Source of the DNA: an uncultured Hormoscilla sp.
Lineage (GTDB): Bacteria; Cyanobacteriota; Cyanobacteriia; Cyanobacteriales; Desertifilaceae
Direction of reading: 5' to 3'
DNA: 64,000 nt
Assembly: GCA_963921275.4 (NCBI GenBank)
Contig: OZ001293.3
Span: forward strand, 2,496,001 to 2,560,000
Positions 33,348-46,244 of this stretch are shown piece after piece; position 1 is the first letter of the stretch; each line of letters begins with the position of its first letter. A model generated the notes under the pieces. It made no database searches. It saw nothing but the letters and a program-made list of their open reading frames with translations, and was not told the origin of the DNA. Position numbers and translations under genes: made by a program.

Positions 33348-34365
33348 GAGGATGTTTGGAAACACGTAGAGGTAAGAAATGTTTCAGGCTAGTCTGCGTA
33401 GCATGAGTCGAATCATAGCTATGTAGATAAAGGATTCTGGTGACGCCGGTAAGCGCTCATAATCCATGTTGAGACGACGGCACCAATGCAACCATCCGTA
33501 GGTGCGCTCAACTGGACACCACCGAGGCAGCAGGGTAAATCCTTTGACTCCCACCGGTCGTTGGACCACTTCCAGATAAGGAACAAGGATTAAACAAGAT
33601 GCTCATCCGAGAAGCCATAAAGTATTGTCAGCGCGGGCGTTTCAGACGAGTTTGACACGTTATTAAATCCTCATTCCTAAGGGCTGAAGGTATCCATGAC
33701 CCAGCGAAGAAAATCCGCCCCCGAAAAACCTTGATCGACCCAGATGCGAACCAGTCTCCGGAAACGTTGACCCTCCTCTTGTAGACAATTGAGGACAACT
33801 TGTCGCTCCCTCACCCATGGCTGCGCCACGCTGCGCGCTCGGGTACACTAGCGGCAACGACCTTCCCGCTGCTGAGACTTGCGTTGCTCGTCCACAAAAC
33901 TGCGGTTTCGACCTATCCGCAGACTCAGACAGCGTTTTTATTCGTTCCGAGCCCAAGATTGATTGGCAGTTTAGGGCGGTTCAATTTACCCGATCGCAAC
34001 TCGGAGAAAACGGCTATCACACGTAAAAATGCCATGAGTCTTGCGCGATCGAGGTTGGCATGTTTGATTCAGATTGCCACCTATGGATAGGACACTTTTC
34101 TAGAACCTGTTTGCCCATACTGCCTCCCCATTACCGCCAGTGTGCCTATCTGCTTTGGCTCTGATTGCGGCCTGTTACCAGCTTCACTCTTTGGAGTTCC
34201 GAGTCCAATCGGTGTGGTCAGGTCGGGAGTCACTGTGTCTCCTACAGGACGGGACTTGCACCCGCATCCAAGGGTCAGTTAGGAAGTTTCTCGGGTGTTC
34301 CCGGACGTTTTCCTCCCAGGCTATGGATTTGGGAACGAATCGCACTCGTGTTTCCAAACATCCTC
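33348..34365 (-). mobile_element. IS5-family element, decayed, with nested MITE (33580-33677) and intron fragment
   Basis: TIRs GAGGATGTTTGGAAACACG; TTA TSD; VERTYGWL and IWVDQGFSG motifs; MITE has TAA TSD. Confidence 0.85.
34090..34345 (-). mobile_element. 5' fragment of a further group II intron (F)
   Basis: GTGCGATTCGTT start and GGGTGCAAGTCCC domain I hairpin like introns A and C; distal boundary approximate. Confidence 0.65.
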
Positions 34366-34626
34366 TTAGGCTCAAAGGGCTATATCTCTTACTGGGTGAG
34401 GGTTTCAGGCGATCCTTTTATATAGACGCTTCGTATGTGCCGCCCTACTAGTTCCTAAGGTAAAGAAGCATTTGTGAACGGCGGGCGGCTATCCTCCCCG
34501 AGAATGGAGAGCTTACCCACCGCATGAGGCTGTAAATTGGGGCTAGTTTTTGTCAAAATTATCAATAATCATCAATAATCATCAATAGAGAGAGTACTAG
34601 AAATCTAGATAGAGAGGATTGGCACT

Positions 34627-35823
34627 ATGCGGTGGAAAAAGGATTCCCGCGCCTTGCGCCTTCTGGGTACCCATGTTTTGGCCTTCGCTCTAGGAGCATT
34701 GCTCGCCCTGAGTGCGGTTTTACCTTCCCAAGCAGATCCCTTACCTGATCGGGCTAAAGTAAAAATACCCCCATCTGCGGTAGAACTGCAAATCCCTCAA
34801 GCTGGCACAAACTTTGTGACAGCAGCGGTGCAGCAGGTAGGGCCTGCGGTGGTCAGAATTGACACGGAGCGCATTGTCACCCGTAACTTCGATCCGTTTT
34901 TTGACGACCCCTTCTTCAATCGCTTTTTTGGTGACAGGTTCCGGCAGCAATTGCCACGGGAAGAACGTCAGCGGGGACAGGGTTCGGGTTTCATTGTTGA
35001 ACGCAAGGGGGTCATTTTGACCAATGCCCATGTAGTGAGTGGAGCCGATCAAGTGACGGTGACGCTCAAGGATGGACGCGAGTTTGAAGGAACGGTGCTA
35101 GGTAAAGATAAGGTGACAGACCTGGCAGTTGTCAAGATTAATGGTGATAATTTGCCTGTGGCTAAGTTGGGAGACTCTGCTGGCGTGCAGGTGGGAGACT
35201 GGGCGATCGCGGTTGGCAACCCCTTAGGATTGGACAATACTGTTACTTTGGGCATTGTCAGTACCCTCAACCGTTCTTCTTCAGAGGTTGGCATTCCTGA
35301 CAAGCGCGTGGACTTCATTCAAACTGATGCGGCGATCAATCCTGGTAATTCCGGCGGTCCGCTGTTGAACTCACGGGGTGAAGTGATTGGCATTAACACG
35401 GCTATTCGTGCTAACGCGAATGGTATTGGCTTTGCTATCCCAATCGATAAAGCTAAAGCGATTAAAGACAAGTTGGCCCGTGGAGAAGAGATTCCTCACC
35501 CCTATATTGGAGTGCGCATTGCCAACCTGACACCGGAACTGGCAAGGGAAAACAATAGCGACCCCAATTCATCGATAGTACTGCCAGAAACTACTGGCGT
35601 ATTGGTGGTGGAAGTGATGCGTGATACGCCTGCAGCTAGGGCTGGTTTGCGTCGGGGAGATGTGATTGTCGAAATTGATGGGAAACCTGTTACTACCGCC
35701 GAGCAGTTGCAGAAGATGGTCGATCGCAGTGGTGTTGGGAAGGTACTGCAAGTTAAGCTAATACGCAACAACCAAGCCCAGCAACTTTCGATCGAGACAG
35801 TTCAACTGCGAGATATTCTGTGA
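34627..35823 (+). CDS. HtrA/Deg serine protease with PDZ domain (HhoA-like)
   Basis: TNAHVV, DLAV and QTDAAINPGNSGGPL motifs; signal peptide. Confidence 0.95.
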   Translation: MRWKKDSRALRLLGTHVLAFALGALLALSAVLPSQADPLPDRAKVKIPPSAVELQIPQAGTNFVTAAVQQVGPAVVRIDTERIVTRNFDPFFDDPFFNRFFGDRFRQQLPREERQRGQGSGFIVERKGVILTNAHVVSGADQVTVTLKDGREFEGTVLGKDKVTDLAVVKINGDNLPVAKLGDSAGVQVGDWAIAVGNPLGLDNTVTLGIVSTLNRSSSEVGIPDKRVDFIQTDAAINPGNSGGPLLNSRGEVIGINTAIRANANGIGFAIPIDKAKAIKDKLARGEEIPHPYIGVRIANLTPELARENNSDPNSSIVLPETTGVLVVEVMRDTPAARAGLRRGDVIVEIDGKPVTTAEQLQKMVDRSGVGKVLQVKLIRNNQAQQLSIETVQLRDIL

Positions 35824-35990
35824 AGATTGCGAATCGCGAATTGCGAATTGCGAATTGCAATGGGTAGTGGTCAAGATGTAGTGATTTGGGTGTTGCACAA
35901 GGACGGGATGATAAGTAATTGCCGATTATAATAATCGGCAATTACTTATCATAAGTTTATGTTGCACATTTTTGGGATGATACTAGCCAA

Positions 35991-36957
35991 ACGTCAGTTT
36001 GGGATAAGGAGGAAAGGGAGAACTCTGGTAAGCTGAAGATTGTAAAACCTCGTTCAGCCAAGTTCTCCCATGTCTAGTTTAGAAGAACTTTTCTGCCACA
36101 TAGATGACTTCTGCCAAGAATTTGAACCCCAATGGCAAAAACAGATGCTCAGCCACGGCTTAAAAACCCGAAAACGAGCCATCCGACTGCGCCTGAGCGA
36201 AATCATGACGATTCTGGTCGCCTTCCATCAGCATCACTACCGCACTTTCAAACACTTCTACCTCGAACAGGTCTGTCGGTACTGGCATCGTGCCTTTCCG
36301 GGATTGGTCAGCTACACGCGCTTTATTGAATGGATACCTTCTGCATTGATTCCTCTGAGCGTTTATCTCAAACACTGTTTTGGTCAATGCACGAGCATCA
36401 GTTTTATGGATTCGACAAAGCTATAAGTCTGCCATAATCGCCGAATCAAGCAACATCAAGTAAAGACCTTGCCCCTCGAGGAAAAACCTCAGTGGATTGG
36501 TTTTTTGGCTTTAAGTTACATTTAGTTGTCAATGAGTTTGGGGAATTAGTGAATATACAAATCACCCCCGACAATAGGGATGACCGAAAACCAGTTCCTG
36601 ATTTGTTGAAAGACTTATTTGGCAAAGTTTTTGCGGATCGAGGCTAGGTTTCTCAGGCTTGAGCACAAGAACTCTTTGAGACTTATGGCATCGAGTTTTT
36701 CGTCAAACCTCGTCGCAATATGAAGAACAAATTAATGCGGCTTACCGACAAGTTACTGGCCCGTAAACGAGCCATCATCGAGACGATTATCGACCAACTT
36801 AAAAATATTTCTCAGATTGAACACTCTCGTCATCGTAGCCCCGTGAATTTCTGCATCAAAGTTCTGTGCGGCTTAATTTCTTACTGCCACCAGCCGCAGA
36901 AGCCTTCGCTTCAGTTAGACTGGGTTTTACCTGCTTCGGCTTAACCCGAACTGACGT
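35991..36957 (+). mobile_element. IS982-family element, transposase pseudogene
   Basis: TIRs ACGTCAGTT; 7-bp TSD TAGCCAA; LFCHIDDF and QIEHSRHRS motifs; frameshifts and stops. Confidence 0.92.
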
Positions 36958-37212
36958 TAGCCAATGGTTGAAAATTAGCGCAGCGTGTTCCCAGGCGGGA
37001 GCCTCTTAACGAGGAAAATTGAAAATTGTTCGTTCAGACATCGAGCTATGACTACTTCTGACTATTTGAATTCACTGCCAACAATTAGCAACCCCTATCA
37101 TCCCGTAGTTGTGCAACGCTAATTTATAATTAGTAGAAGCTGATTTTACCCAGAAGTATCAATTAGTAGTATAATGGATATTAAGGCTAATATATAATTT
37201 CAAGGAGTTGAA

Positions 37213-37360
37213 CATGAAATGTTTACAATGTGATTCTGAACTTATCAATAAAAATGGCCATCGGCTTGGTAAGCAAAATTTTATTTTTAAAAATTGTGGC
37301 CGCCAGCTTATTGAAGATTATTCTCCACGAGGGGATCTGAAAGAAGTGAAATGCTGGTAA
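37213..37360 (+). pseudogene. IS1 InsA-like fragment
   Basis: MKCLQCDS..KNGHRLGKQNF..CGRQ. Confidence 0.6.
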
Positions 37361-37911
37361 TGATTTCAATTTTTGGAGAGGTCTAATTGTCAACAAGCCT
37401 CTTGGCCCTAGTCTATTAATCAAACTTGATAAATTCATCTTTGTTGTCTATCGACTGAAAATTTATAGATTCTCGTCTCCCCCTGGGGAGATATACCCCC
37501 GAGCACTTTACGAAAAATTACCGATTACTAAAGTGACTCTATAATGGTGTTGCTCCGCTGGGTAAATGCTGCTAAGCAAGGCGCGGAGTTAGATTAATTA
37601 CTAGGGAGCCCGAGCGCGAATAACATTCCGAATGGCTTGACAACCAGGATATATTGGTGTGAGAGAAAAAAGTAAAAGTTACAGCATGAAAAGTTGAATA
37701 AATGCGTCGCTATTCCTTAACGGGACTTAAACAAAAACTTCCCATTAAAGCGACTGAATTGCATGTATAATAGGGATTATACGTCAACGAGCACAGTCTC
37801 ATGATAGTATGGTGATGTACGGAGTTTGCCGAATCTAGTAATTATCAGTAATCTTATTTATAATTTATAGATTTGGGCTACGTATCTGCACTGATTTAAG
37901 GCAAAAATGAA

Positions 37912-38382
37912 ATGAAAGAAATAACTATTCAGGCCATGCCACCTTGTTTCGATAGATGGTGCCGTCGTTTTGACGATCTATTTACTCGCCAAGCCCAAGG
38001 AAGAGAGTTCCGTAATTATTTAAGTGGGTTATTAGGAGAAAGTGAGCGAAAAAATATCGCCCAAATGTCAAAAAATACTGTGGGTGTTTCTTATCATAAA
38101 ATGCATCACTTTATAACCGAATCTCCTTGGGATGCTGATTGTGTGAATGAAAGGCGATTAGAGATAATGACGCTCTGCCGTCAAACAAAACCTAGGCAAA
38201 ATTTTAGCTTAATAGTGGACGATACAGGTCATCGCAAAAGCGGAACAATAACTGAAGAGGTAGGCGGTGTCACTTGACAGGCATGAGAATATAGTATCTC
38301 ATGCCTGTCAAGTGACACCGGGAAGACAATATATTGGGGAAGTTGGCAAAACTGATAATGGTCTTGTAATGGTAACAACCTA
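37912..38382 (+). pseudogene. IS701-family transposase N-terminal fragment
   Basis: FRNYLSGLLGESERKN, DDTGHRKSG and RQYIGEVGKTDNG motifs. Confidence 0.85.
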
Positions 38383-38383
38383 C

Positions 38384-40882
38384 ATTCCGCACGACAAATG
38401 TATTACATATTTAACATTGGGGACTATCAACTCTTCTCTTGGATTAAAAATAGAGACAAATATGACTCCTGATTCCCTTATTTAACCTAAAAATTTCTAC
38501 TTACCTTCAACGAGTAACCTACTTGATAGAACGGTACTAAAATTTACTTAAAATTGCTCATCATCAAGTTACTCAGAGGTGCATTTCCCCCAAGCAATAC
38601 TTTGAAGTAACGTTTTTTTTAACAAGATTTAAATTAGTAAATAGTACCGCGCTCCATGCTGGAGGAAAGAATTTCAAAAAGTGTAAACGCTCCTCATTAA
38701 TATTTGAAATCTGTTTAATGCCGTGTTCGATATAGATATGTATTGACTGAAAACATTGAAATATCCAACGCAAAGTTGGTCTATCAGTCAAACGACCTAA
38801 CTGATTTTTTACTCCTGAACCTGTCCGTTTAAGCGTCTTCCTTATCTGGGCCACCTTATACACTAACAAAGATAACGCCATAATTAAATGCTTCTATCCG
38901 CTTTGGGGATTTGAGAAATACACTATCTGCAAAAAACATCGGGTCTTTCAGAAAAGCAAAACATCTTTCTACTGACTGTTGTTTATTTTTGTATGTAGAC
39001 AGCATTTTTTCCGAAGTTAACGCATCAACATCGAGCACGTTCGTTGCTAAAATAAACCTACCGGCCTGTTTTTTTAACTGTTCTACTTTTTCTGAACAAA
39101 TACTAACAGTTGCTTGAATTTGATAGTGGCAGTCTGAGGAACCCTTCTCATCTTTTATTAAAATCGGCTGGGTCTTCCGTCAATTGATGAAATCTTGACT
39201 TCTTTAATAGCTTATTAGCTGCTTTAATAGCATCCGGTTTGCAAGCAAATTGTTGCTTTCTTAACTCTTTTAATTTCTTTGACGCAACTTTTGACTCTTT
39301 TTTTATTTTTTCCTCTAACCTCTTAAGGTCTGCTTCTCTACGTTTTTGACTTTCAACAACTAGCCACCAATGTTGCAACTTAAAATAACGCTCCACGCTG
39401 CTCGTTTTTATATGTGGAGAGCATTTTTTCTGAATTTAGCGCCAATTGATCGAGTTGATTAATTGCTAAAATAAAGCCTCGGTTTTTTTGATGTTGCATT
39501 TGCTCGATACATTCACTAATAGTTGCCTTGATAGTGGCAAGAAGAAGAACCTGTGAAAATGGATTGAGTTTTTATTTCGGTTAGTTCACGATGATTTTTT
39601 TAATAGCTTCTTTGCAGCTATTATAGCATCCGGGTCACAAGGAAATTCCCGAGAACTTAATTCTTTTAATTTCTTTTGGGCAACAGGTAAATATTTGTCG
39701 ATTTTATCCTCTAATTTTGTCTGATTCCCGACGACTTTCAATCAACTAGTCATCTTTGCTCTATATCTCCATAGTTTTGCTTTACTTCTAGGTAACGATA
39801 TCCCACCTGCTCGTAAGAGATAAAATTCTCTGTATCCGCCTCCGTGACTAACTTATTGGCTGCTTTAATAGTAAGTATAACTCGCGATAACCACTTGACA
39901 TCACCTAAGATTTGCAAATTTTCTTGCGTATATAATGCTGCATCAGCTACCATTAATCCTGAAAATTAAAAGGTTTTTTTGAACTCTGTTATTGCTGAAT
40001 TTCTTTTTGGTCTGATGCATTTCCATCTCCCATCTTCATCCATAAGGGAATAGCTCCATCTCCTGAACAAATCAACTGCATTGTATATTGTTTTAAGTTT
40101 GGTCTCTGGGGGAGCATCTCAGATTTGTGAATCAACAAGCAATAAGATTATTTTAGATTTGAGATTCCCGATTTGAGATCGTCACGATCTCAGAATTTAT
40201 AGATTGAGAAAACTAGCTCTGTGCGGGACTTTCAGGTTTACCAAATGCAAGCCAGCAATTAGCGAGAATTATTGCCAAAGCGCAAAAGTGAGATGCACCC
40301 GGTCTCTGGTCTCTATCCATGTGTTATTTTTATCGGTCTAGGTGAGACAACTTTCACCTCTACTTCTGATGTTTTGTATTCTCCATGAACATGAAATGAA
40401 CTTAAATCGTGCTGTTTCCCTTTTGATTTGAGATTTTTTTAATACCTCTAACACCACTAAATATTTCTCCAATCAAGATCGCAGATATTCCGGTTTGACT
40501 CCAACTCCAATTAAGTGTTAAGCATGCTTTTCCCTCAAAAAATCTGGTAAACAGGTATAAGGGTGCTGACACTAATCCTAAAGCATTTATTATCATTGCT
40601 TTAACAACTTGACCAGAGCTGATTTTCTCTAATGAGTGTTTTTCCAATCGCCGGTTAATTATCGATTCTATTCCTATTTCATCGATGATTCCGGCCACTA
40701 ATCCCAGATGCTCTAGATTGGCAATTTCCATCTGCAAGTATCTGAACTTCTTTCACGTTCCCTTGTAACTCAATTTTGGGATTTTGGGGCAAATTTTTTC
40801 CTATCCTGAGTATTTATACTCAATTAAGTACTACATTTGTCGCACAGACATGGTATATTACAATTTGTCGTGCGGAATATGG
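38384..40882 (-). mobile_element. IS1634-family element, decayed, with partial internal duplication and a nested MITE (40110-40300)
   Basis: TIRs ATTCCGCACGACAAAT; HLGLVAGIIDEIG, VADAALY and FLKDPMFFADSVFLK motifs; MITE has 9-bp TSD GGTCTCTGG. Confidence 0.85.
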
Positions 40883-41250
40883 GTTACGGTTGAGAGCACC
40901 TCAATACGAATGATGCTCATCGAACAATCGGCGGATTGCCGAAAGTGATACCCATGCCAGCAACGTGCTTCTACTGTCTCGCCTTCATCGGTAGTCCACT
41001 GTTGTCGCTCATCGGCAACTGGCCAGGTGGATGGATCGCAAGAGCAAGAACTTGTGGCCATGTTTTCGCGAGGGACGACCTTTGCCACTGTAGGAGGGTG
41101 GCTCTCCATAGACACAGCGTAAGGAGCGCAATAGTGCCAATAGCGATACAGGAGAGTCTGCCAGACCCTTAACTAGCGTAGCATTGCCATATTCCGCATC
41201 AAACAACACTCTTCTCTTGCTTGGCATCTAACAGGGGGATGAGGGTTATG

Positions 41251-43670
41251 GTGCGATTCGTTTAGAGTAAAATGACTTGACACGTGTCAAAAAAGGGGAC
41301 CGCTAGCAGGGTTTCAATAGCCCTGACAACTTACAGATGATGGTGGTGAAAGCCCACCCCTCCAGGTGCTCTCGTGACAGCATCCTCCCGACGGTAGCGA
41401 TGGCATCAATCCGTAAAGCGGGAAGGAAAGGCGCTCTAACTGGTAGCCTAAACCGGTCATCGTCGAGCAAGTAGTCATGATGAGCGCAAGCAAAGGTTCA
41501 TAAGTGTCGTCAACATCAACCAGTGTAATAAGGCTGAGACACTGGCCCAAAAGGGAAAGGATAATGGTCATTAGCGGTTGTAATCCGACTAATAAGCACT
41601 GACAACAAACCCGGCATATAGAATCCATCTAAAACTACGATTAATCATCTGTAGGAACGAAGTAACCCAGCTAGGCACTCTCCATCACCGGTCGATAGAT
41701 GGAGTAGTCACCAAAGACGCAACATCTGCTCTCATTTGGCAGGTCATAGCTGGGAAAGATTGAGTGGAGAAGCAAACGCCTATCTGTAATGGATGGGATA
41801 AGCTGACGCCCTCACGGTTTTGTCAATTGTGAAGTTGTGAGTAGTAGTTAATATGTCACGGAACTTAGCCGAAAAGCAAGAGTATGAATGGAAGGAGGTG
41901 CCCTGGCAGGAGCTGGAGCGCCGATCGCGCTAGCGTGGCGCCAGCCATGTCTTCAAGCTACAAAAGCGAATTTACAGAGCGGCACAGGAAGGCAACAAGC
42001 GGAAAGTTCGCAAGCTCCAAGGGTTACTAAATAGGTCATGGTCCACGAAGATGATAGCGGTGAGACAGGTAACACAACAAAACCAAGGAAAGAATGCGGC
42101 TGGTGTGGATGGTGTGAAAGCACTGACTATGGAGCAGCGACTGGAACTGGTAAGTCAGCTCAGAGTATCCAGGAAGGCAAAGGCGAAACCTACACTGCGT
42201 GTATGGATACCTAAGCCAGGAAGGGACGAAAAGCGGCCACTAGGAAGACCGACGATGCACGACCGCGCACTTCAGGGATTGGTCAAACAGTCGCTTGAGC
42301 CCGAATGGGAAGCGTACATGGAAGCCAATTCCTACGGATTCAGACCAGGAAGGGGATGCCACGATGCGATCGAAACGATATTCACCAGCACCAACAAGAA
42401 ACCAAAATGGGTGTTAGATGCGGATATTGCGAAATGTTTCGACAAAATTGACCACTCAGCGCTCCTAGAGAAATTGAATACAACATCACCAATCCGTAGA
42501 CAGATACGGGCATGGCTAAAAGCCGGGGTGATGGACCAGGGAATATGGCAGGACACAGAAGCCGGAACTCCTCAAGGCGGAGTAATATCACCATTGCTAG
42601 CCAATATAGCCCTACATGGGTTGGAAAAGGTAGTGATGAGTCTTGCCCGCACAAAGAGAGAGGAAAAGAAACTAACGATAGTCAGGTACGCCGATGATTT
42701 TGTGGTAATGCACGATGACCGGTCAATGATTGAGCGAGCACAAGGAGTGATTGAGGAGTGGTTGAAGGGAATAGGACTAGAGCTAAAAGCCGAGAAAACC
42801 AGGATATCCCACACACTGGAAGGAGAAAACCCCGGATTTGACTTCCTAGGGTTCAATATCCGACAATACAAAGTAGGGAAACACAGAAGCGGCAAACTCA
42901 GCAACGGAACCCCCCTAGGATTCAAGACCCTAATCAAGCCTAGCGATAAATCCATTAGGAATCATAAAGAGCAACTATCACAGATAGTTCGCCGCCATAA
43001 ATCGGCACCACAGACAGCCTTGATAGTCAAACTAAACCCAATGATAAGGGGATGGAGCAACTACTTCAAGACGGTGGTAAGTAAGGAAACTTACAGCGAC
43101 ATGGATAGCTACCTATGGGAGCTGCTGTGGCAATGGGCAAAGAGAAGGCATCCCAATAAATCGGGCGAATGGATTGCCAAAAATTATTGGGCCATGACCG
43201 GTAAGGACCGGTGGAGGTTCATCGGTAAATCCAAGAAAGGAGAAATAAAGCTAATCCGGCACTCTGAAACTGAAATAATCAGACACACAAAGGTAAAGGA
43301 AACAGCTAGCCCGCTTGACGGTAACCTAGTCTACTGGAGCCAGAGATTACGAAAGAGCCCGGACGTAAGCATGAGAGTGATTAACCTGCTCAAGAGGCAG
43401 GATGGCAAGTGCCAGCATTGCGGACTAACGTTTAAGGACGGCGACAAATGGGAAGTGGACCACATCCTGCCAACCTCACTGGGAGGTAAGGACTGGTACT
43501 CCAACCTACAGTTGCTGCACGACTACTGCCATGATTATAAATCTGCCAGGGATGGCAGCAAAGGCCGTATCCATGACAAGGATGACGAAACTGAGGAGCC
43601 GGATGAGGTGAAAGTCTCACGTCCGGTTTTGAAGACGAGTCGGTACGGTGACGTACTGGCTTAGTTTAAT
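41251..43670 (+). mobile_element. Full-length group II intron C
   Basis: 5' GTGCGATTCG; D5 GAGCCGGATGAGGTGAAAGTCTCACGTCCGGTTTT; D6 ending TTTAAT. Confidence 0.95.
41853..43664 (+). pseudogene. ltrA: Intron RT/maturase/HNH endonuclease with in-frame TAG at 41931
   Basis: PQGG, YADD, maturase RGWSNYF and HNH CQHC..DHI motifs; ATG 41853 in frame with ORF 42051. Confidence 0.9.
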
Positions 43671-44561
43671 AGCAATCGCCTGAGTGGTCGGCGTTTCAAA
43701 CGAACCTTAGCGTTCATACAGCAGCGGTAACGCCCAACTGTCTCCCCCAGGCGGTATCCAGCTAATGGTGCTGTAGTCGTAGCCAATGGTGATCGGCGTA
43801 TGAATCGCAATTACTTCCGCTTGATGCACTATCATCCGGTCTTTCAGGGTCTTCGCCTCCGGACGGGGATAATCGGTATGATCCACGGCGAACACACTCA
43901 TATGAGCAGAGGGTACTTGAGAAGCCAATTGCTCGATGATCTCGCCACGTTGGGAACGACTATCTTCAAGAGCTTCGTAGACACTGGGCCATTGGCGGCG
44001 AAACAGTGGCGATAGGCTCAGGTGGACAAACGAACTGATGCATACGGTCGTGAGCACCGCATCCATCAGGTCAAAGATCGCCGAAACGCCCATTGCCCAA
44101 CAGATTATACACCGCTTGACGAAATTGACTAACGGGACTTTGAGATTTTCTCAGGCAAAAAACGGCTTCTTAGCTTACGGGGTGTGGGTTTTACGTCGAA
44201 GGGGATTCATAGGCAGCAAACCCGCTCGCCTGAGTCGAGGGAAACCAGGAAGACCCCACTGTGGCTCTGTGAAAGGGTTTGATGCCATTTTACGCCTATT
44301 TTTTCTCAAAGTCCCGCTAAGATTCTCGAAAATCATCATTAGGTAGACGTGATTTTTGTTACGTATTATTATCTACCATGGGCAGCGGAGTCTTGTACTC
44401 GATACTGCCTTTTCTTAAAAATTTAGTCTAAACTCCAGTCACATAGGCTGGGGCCAGATTCACCAGTACTCCGGCTGCGCCCGACCCAGAAACCCGGTTT
44501 TTTAGAAAAATCGGGTTTCTTAATTCAAGCAGATCAAGCCTCCCATACCAGTCTAGCTAGA

Positions 44562-44987
44562 TTAAGCGGTGGCGCGAGATAGCTGTGAAGCTTGGATGCA
44601 ACCGCCCAACCACCTTTCCTCTCCAGCGGGTGCATAACTTGCCCAAACCTCTCCGTTCTCCTTGGCCTGATAAAAGCTAGTGATTCTCGCTTTGGTCGCA
44701 AACCCCATCACTTCAACCTGCACCAGATCTCCAGGACGGAATTGTTTTCCCTCGGAATTAGTCGCCGAGAAAACAATTTTCAGTTCAAATTTCTTTTTTT
44801 CCGATTTTAGCTGCGGTCGCGGCTTCGGTCTGGTAGGTTTCTGTGTCAGAGAAGTTGGTCTCGCTGGTGGCGCGGTAAGCTTCTTCTCTCGTTCAGGCTG
44901 ATTTGCTGCGGTCGGTTTCTGCGCCACTTCAGCGTCAGCATCCGATTGGGGCGGTCTTTTGGGCTTTCTTAAACCAACTATTTCCAT
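44562..44987 (-). CDS. Hypothetical protein (Pro/Lys-rich N-terminus, small C-terminal domain)
   Basis: 141-aa ORF co-oriented with mnmA. Confidence 0.6.
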   Translation of the reverse strand: MEIVGLRKPKRPPQSDADAEVAQKPTAANQPEREKKLTAPPARPTSLTQKPTRPKPRPQLKSEKKKFELKIVFSATNSEGKQFRPGDLVQVEVMGFATKARITSFYQAKENGEVWASYAPAGEERWLGGCIQASQLSRATA

Positions 44988-45103
44988 GATTGTGCGATCC
45001 TAAATCCTGACTGGGAAAAGCTGGAGACCAATTCATCCTGACCTTGGATATCTCCAGCCTCCTTTATGTTAACAGGCTCGCGATTGGCGGATCAACATGA
45101 AAT

Positions 45104-45191
45104 GTGGTCAGTGGTCAGTGGTCAGTGGTCAGTTGACAGTGGTCAGTTGATAGTGGTCAGTTGTCAATTTTTAATTTTTAATTTTTAATTG
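45104..45191. repeat. Heptameric STRR-like tandem repeat (GTGGTCA)n
   Basis: Visible tandem array; similar arrays at 9575-9665, 31554-31600 and 35826-35860. Confidence 0.85.
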
Positions 45192-46244
45192 TCAGTTGCG
45201 ATCGATAATTCCTCCACCCAACACCAGGTCTCCATCGTACCAAACAGCCCCTTGACCCGGAGTAATGCTGAACTGGGGTTCGTCAAACTCTAACCTGACT
45301 CTACTCTTTGCTAAAGGAATTACTGTCACTGGTGCTGCTGGGGAACGATAGCGGATCCGGACTTGGGCCCCAATGGGTCCATCTGGTGCGGATATGGACA
45401 CCCAGTTGACCCTACTTACTGTACAGTGAGAATTTACCGCTTGCTCCCGAGTCCCGACTATCACTCGATTCATGACTGGGTCCAGTCCCGTTACGTACAA
45501 GGGTTCACAGTAGGCTATCCCCAGTCCCTTCCGCTGACCGATCGTATAATGATGAATGCCATTGTGTTGACCCAGTACCTTTCCGGACTGGTCAACGATA
45601 TCCCCTGTCTTCTGATTAATGTATTTGTCTAGGAACGCCTGCATGGAACCATTGGCTTCCACTAGACATAAATCCTGACTTTCTGGCTTATCAGCAGTTA
45701 ACAGTCCCAACTCTGCGGCGATGCGCCTGGTTTTGGTCTTGGGGACTGACCCCAGGGGAAATACTGCCGCTGCCAGCAACTCCTGGGGTAGGTCATACAA
45801 AAAGTAGGACTGGTCTTTGGTCAGGTCCACCGCCCGTTTTAGCTGATAACGTCCATTATCCCGATTATAGCTCACTCGCGCATAATGCCCAGTCGCGATC
45901 GCCTCTATTGACAAATGCGATCTGGCATATGCGAGTATGGGGCCAAACTTGACTGCCTTGTTGCATTGAGAGCAAGGCAGGGGCGTGATGCCGTTGCTAT
46001 AGCCCGATACCAGATAATCTACTATATTAGCCTGGAAGTCTTCCCGGCTATCGACAATATGATGAGGAACACCCAGCTGGGAGCAAATGCGGGCCGCATC
46101 AAGCATTCCCTCAGAGCAACATTGTCCCTTGCCCTTCATCAGCCAGAGGGTGAGACCGACAACTTCGTATCCTTGATGATGTAGGATGGCGGCGGCGGTC
46201 GAACTATCCACCCCACCCGAGAGCCCTACTACTACTTTTTTCAT
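45192..46244 (-). CDS. mnmA: tRNA 2-thiouridylase
   Basis: [28 protein letters not shown] and TPGQ motifs. Confidence 0.97.
   Translation of the reverse strand: MKKVVVGLSGGVDSSTAAAILHHQGYEVVGLTLWLMKGKGQCCSEGMLDAARICSQLGVPHHIVDSREDFQANIVDYLVSGYSNGITPLPCSQCNKAVKFGPILAYARSHLSIEAIATGHYARVSYNRDNGRYQLKRAVDLTKDQSYFLYDLPQELLAAAVFPLGSVPKTKTRRIAAELGLLTADKPESQDLCLVEANGSMQAFLDKYINQKTGDIVDQSGKVLGQHNGIHHYTIGQRKGLGIAYCEPLYVTGLDPVMNRVIVGTREQAVNSHCTVSRVNWVSISAPDGPIGAQVRIRYRSPAAPVTVIPLAKSRVRLEFDEPQFSITPGQGAVWYDGDLVLGGGIIDRN

Larger units (their letters stand above)
40883..44439 (-). mobile_element. IS701-related transposase pseudogene split by intron C and a MITE (44133-44316, TSD CTAA)
   Basis: FDLMDAVL, SPLFRRQWPSVYEAL, SWALPL, DAEYG and YSGKGRP motifs on both sides of the intron. 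Confidence 0.8.

Noticed and set aside
41853..43664. RT as retron, DGR or defence RT
   Set aside because: Has maturase and HNH domains and lies within complete group II intron RNA boundaries.
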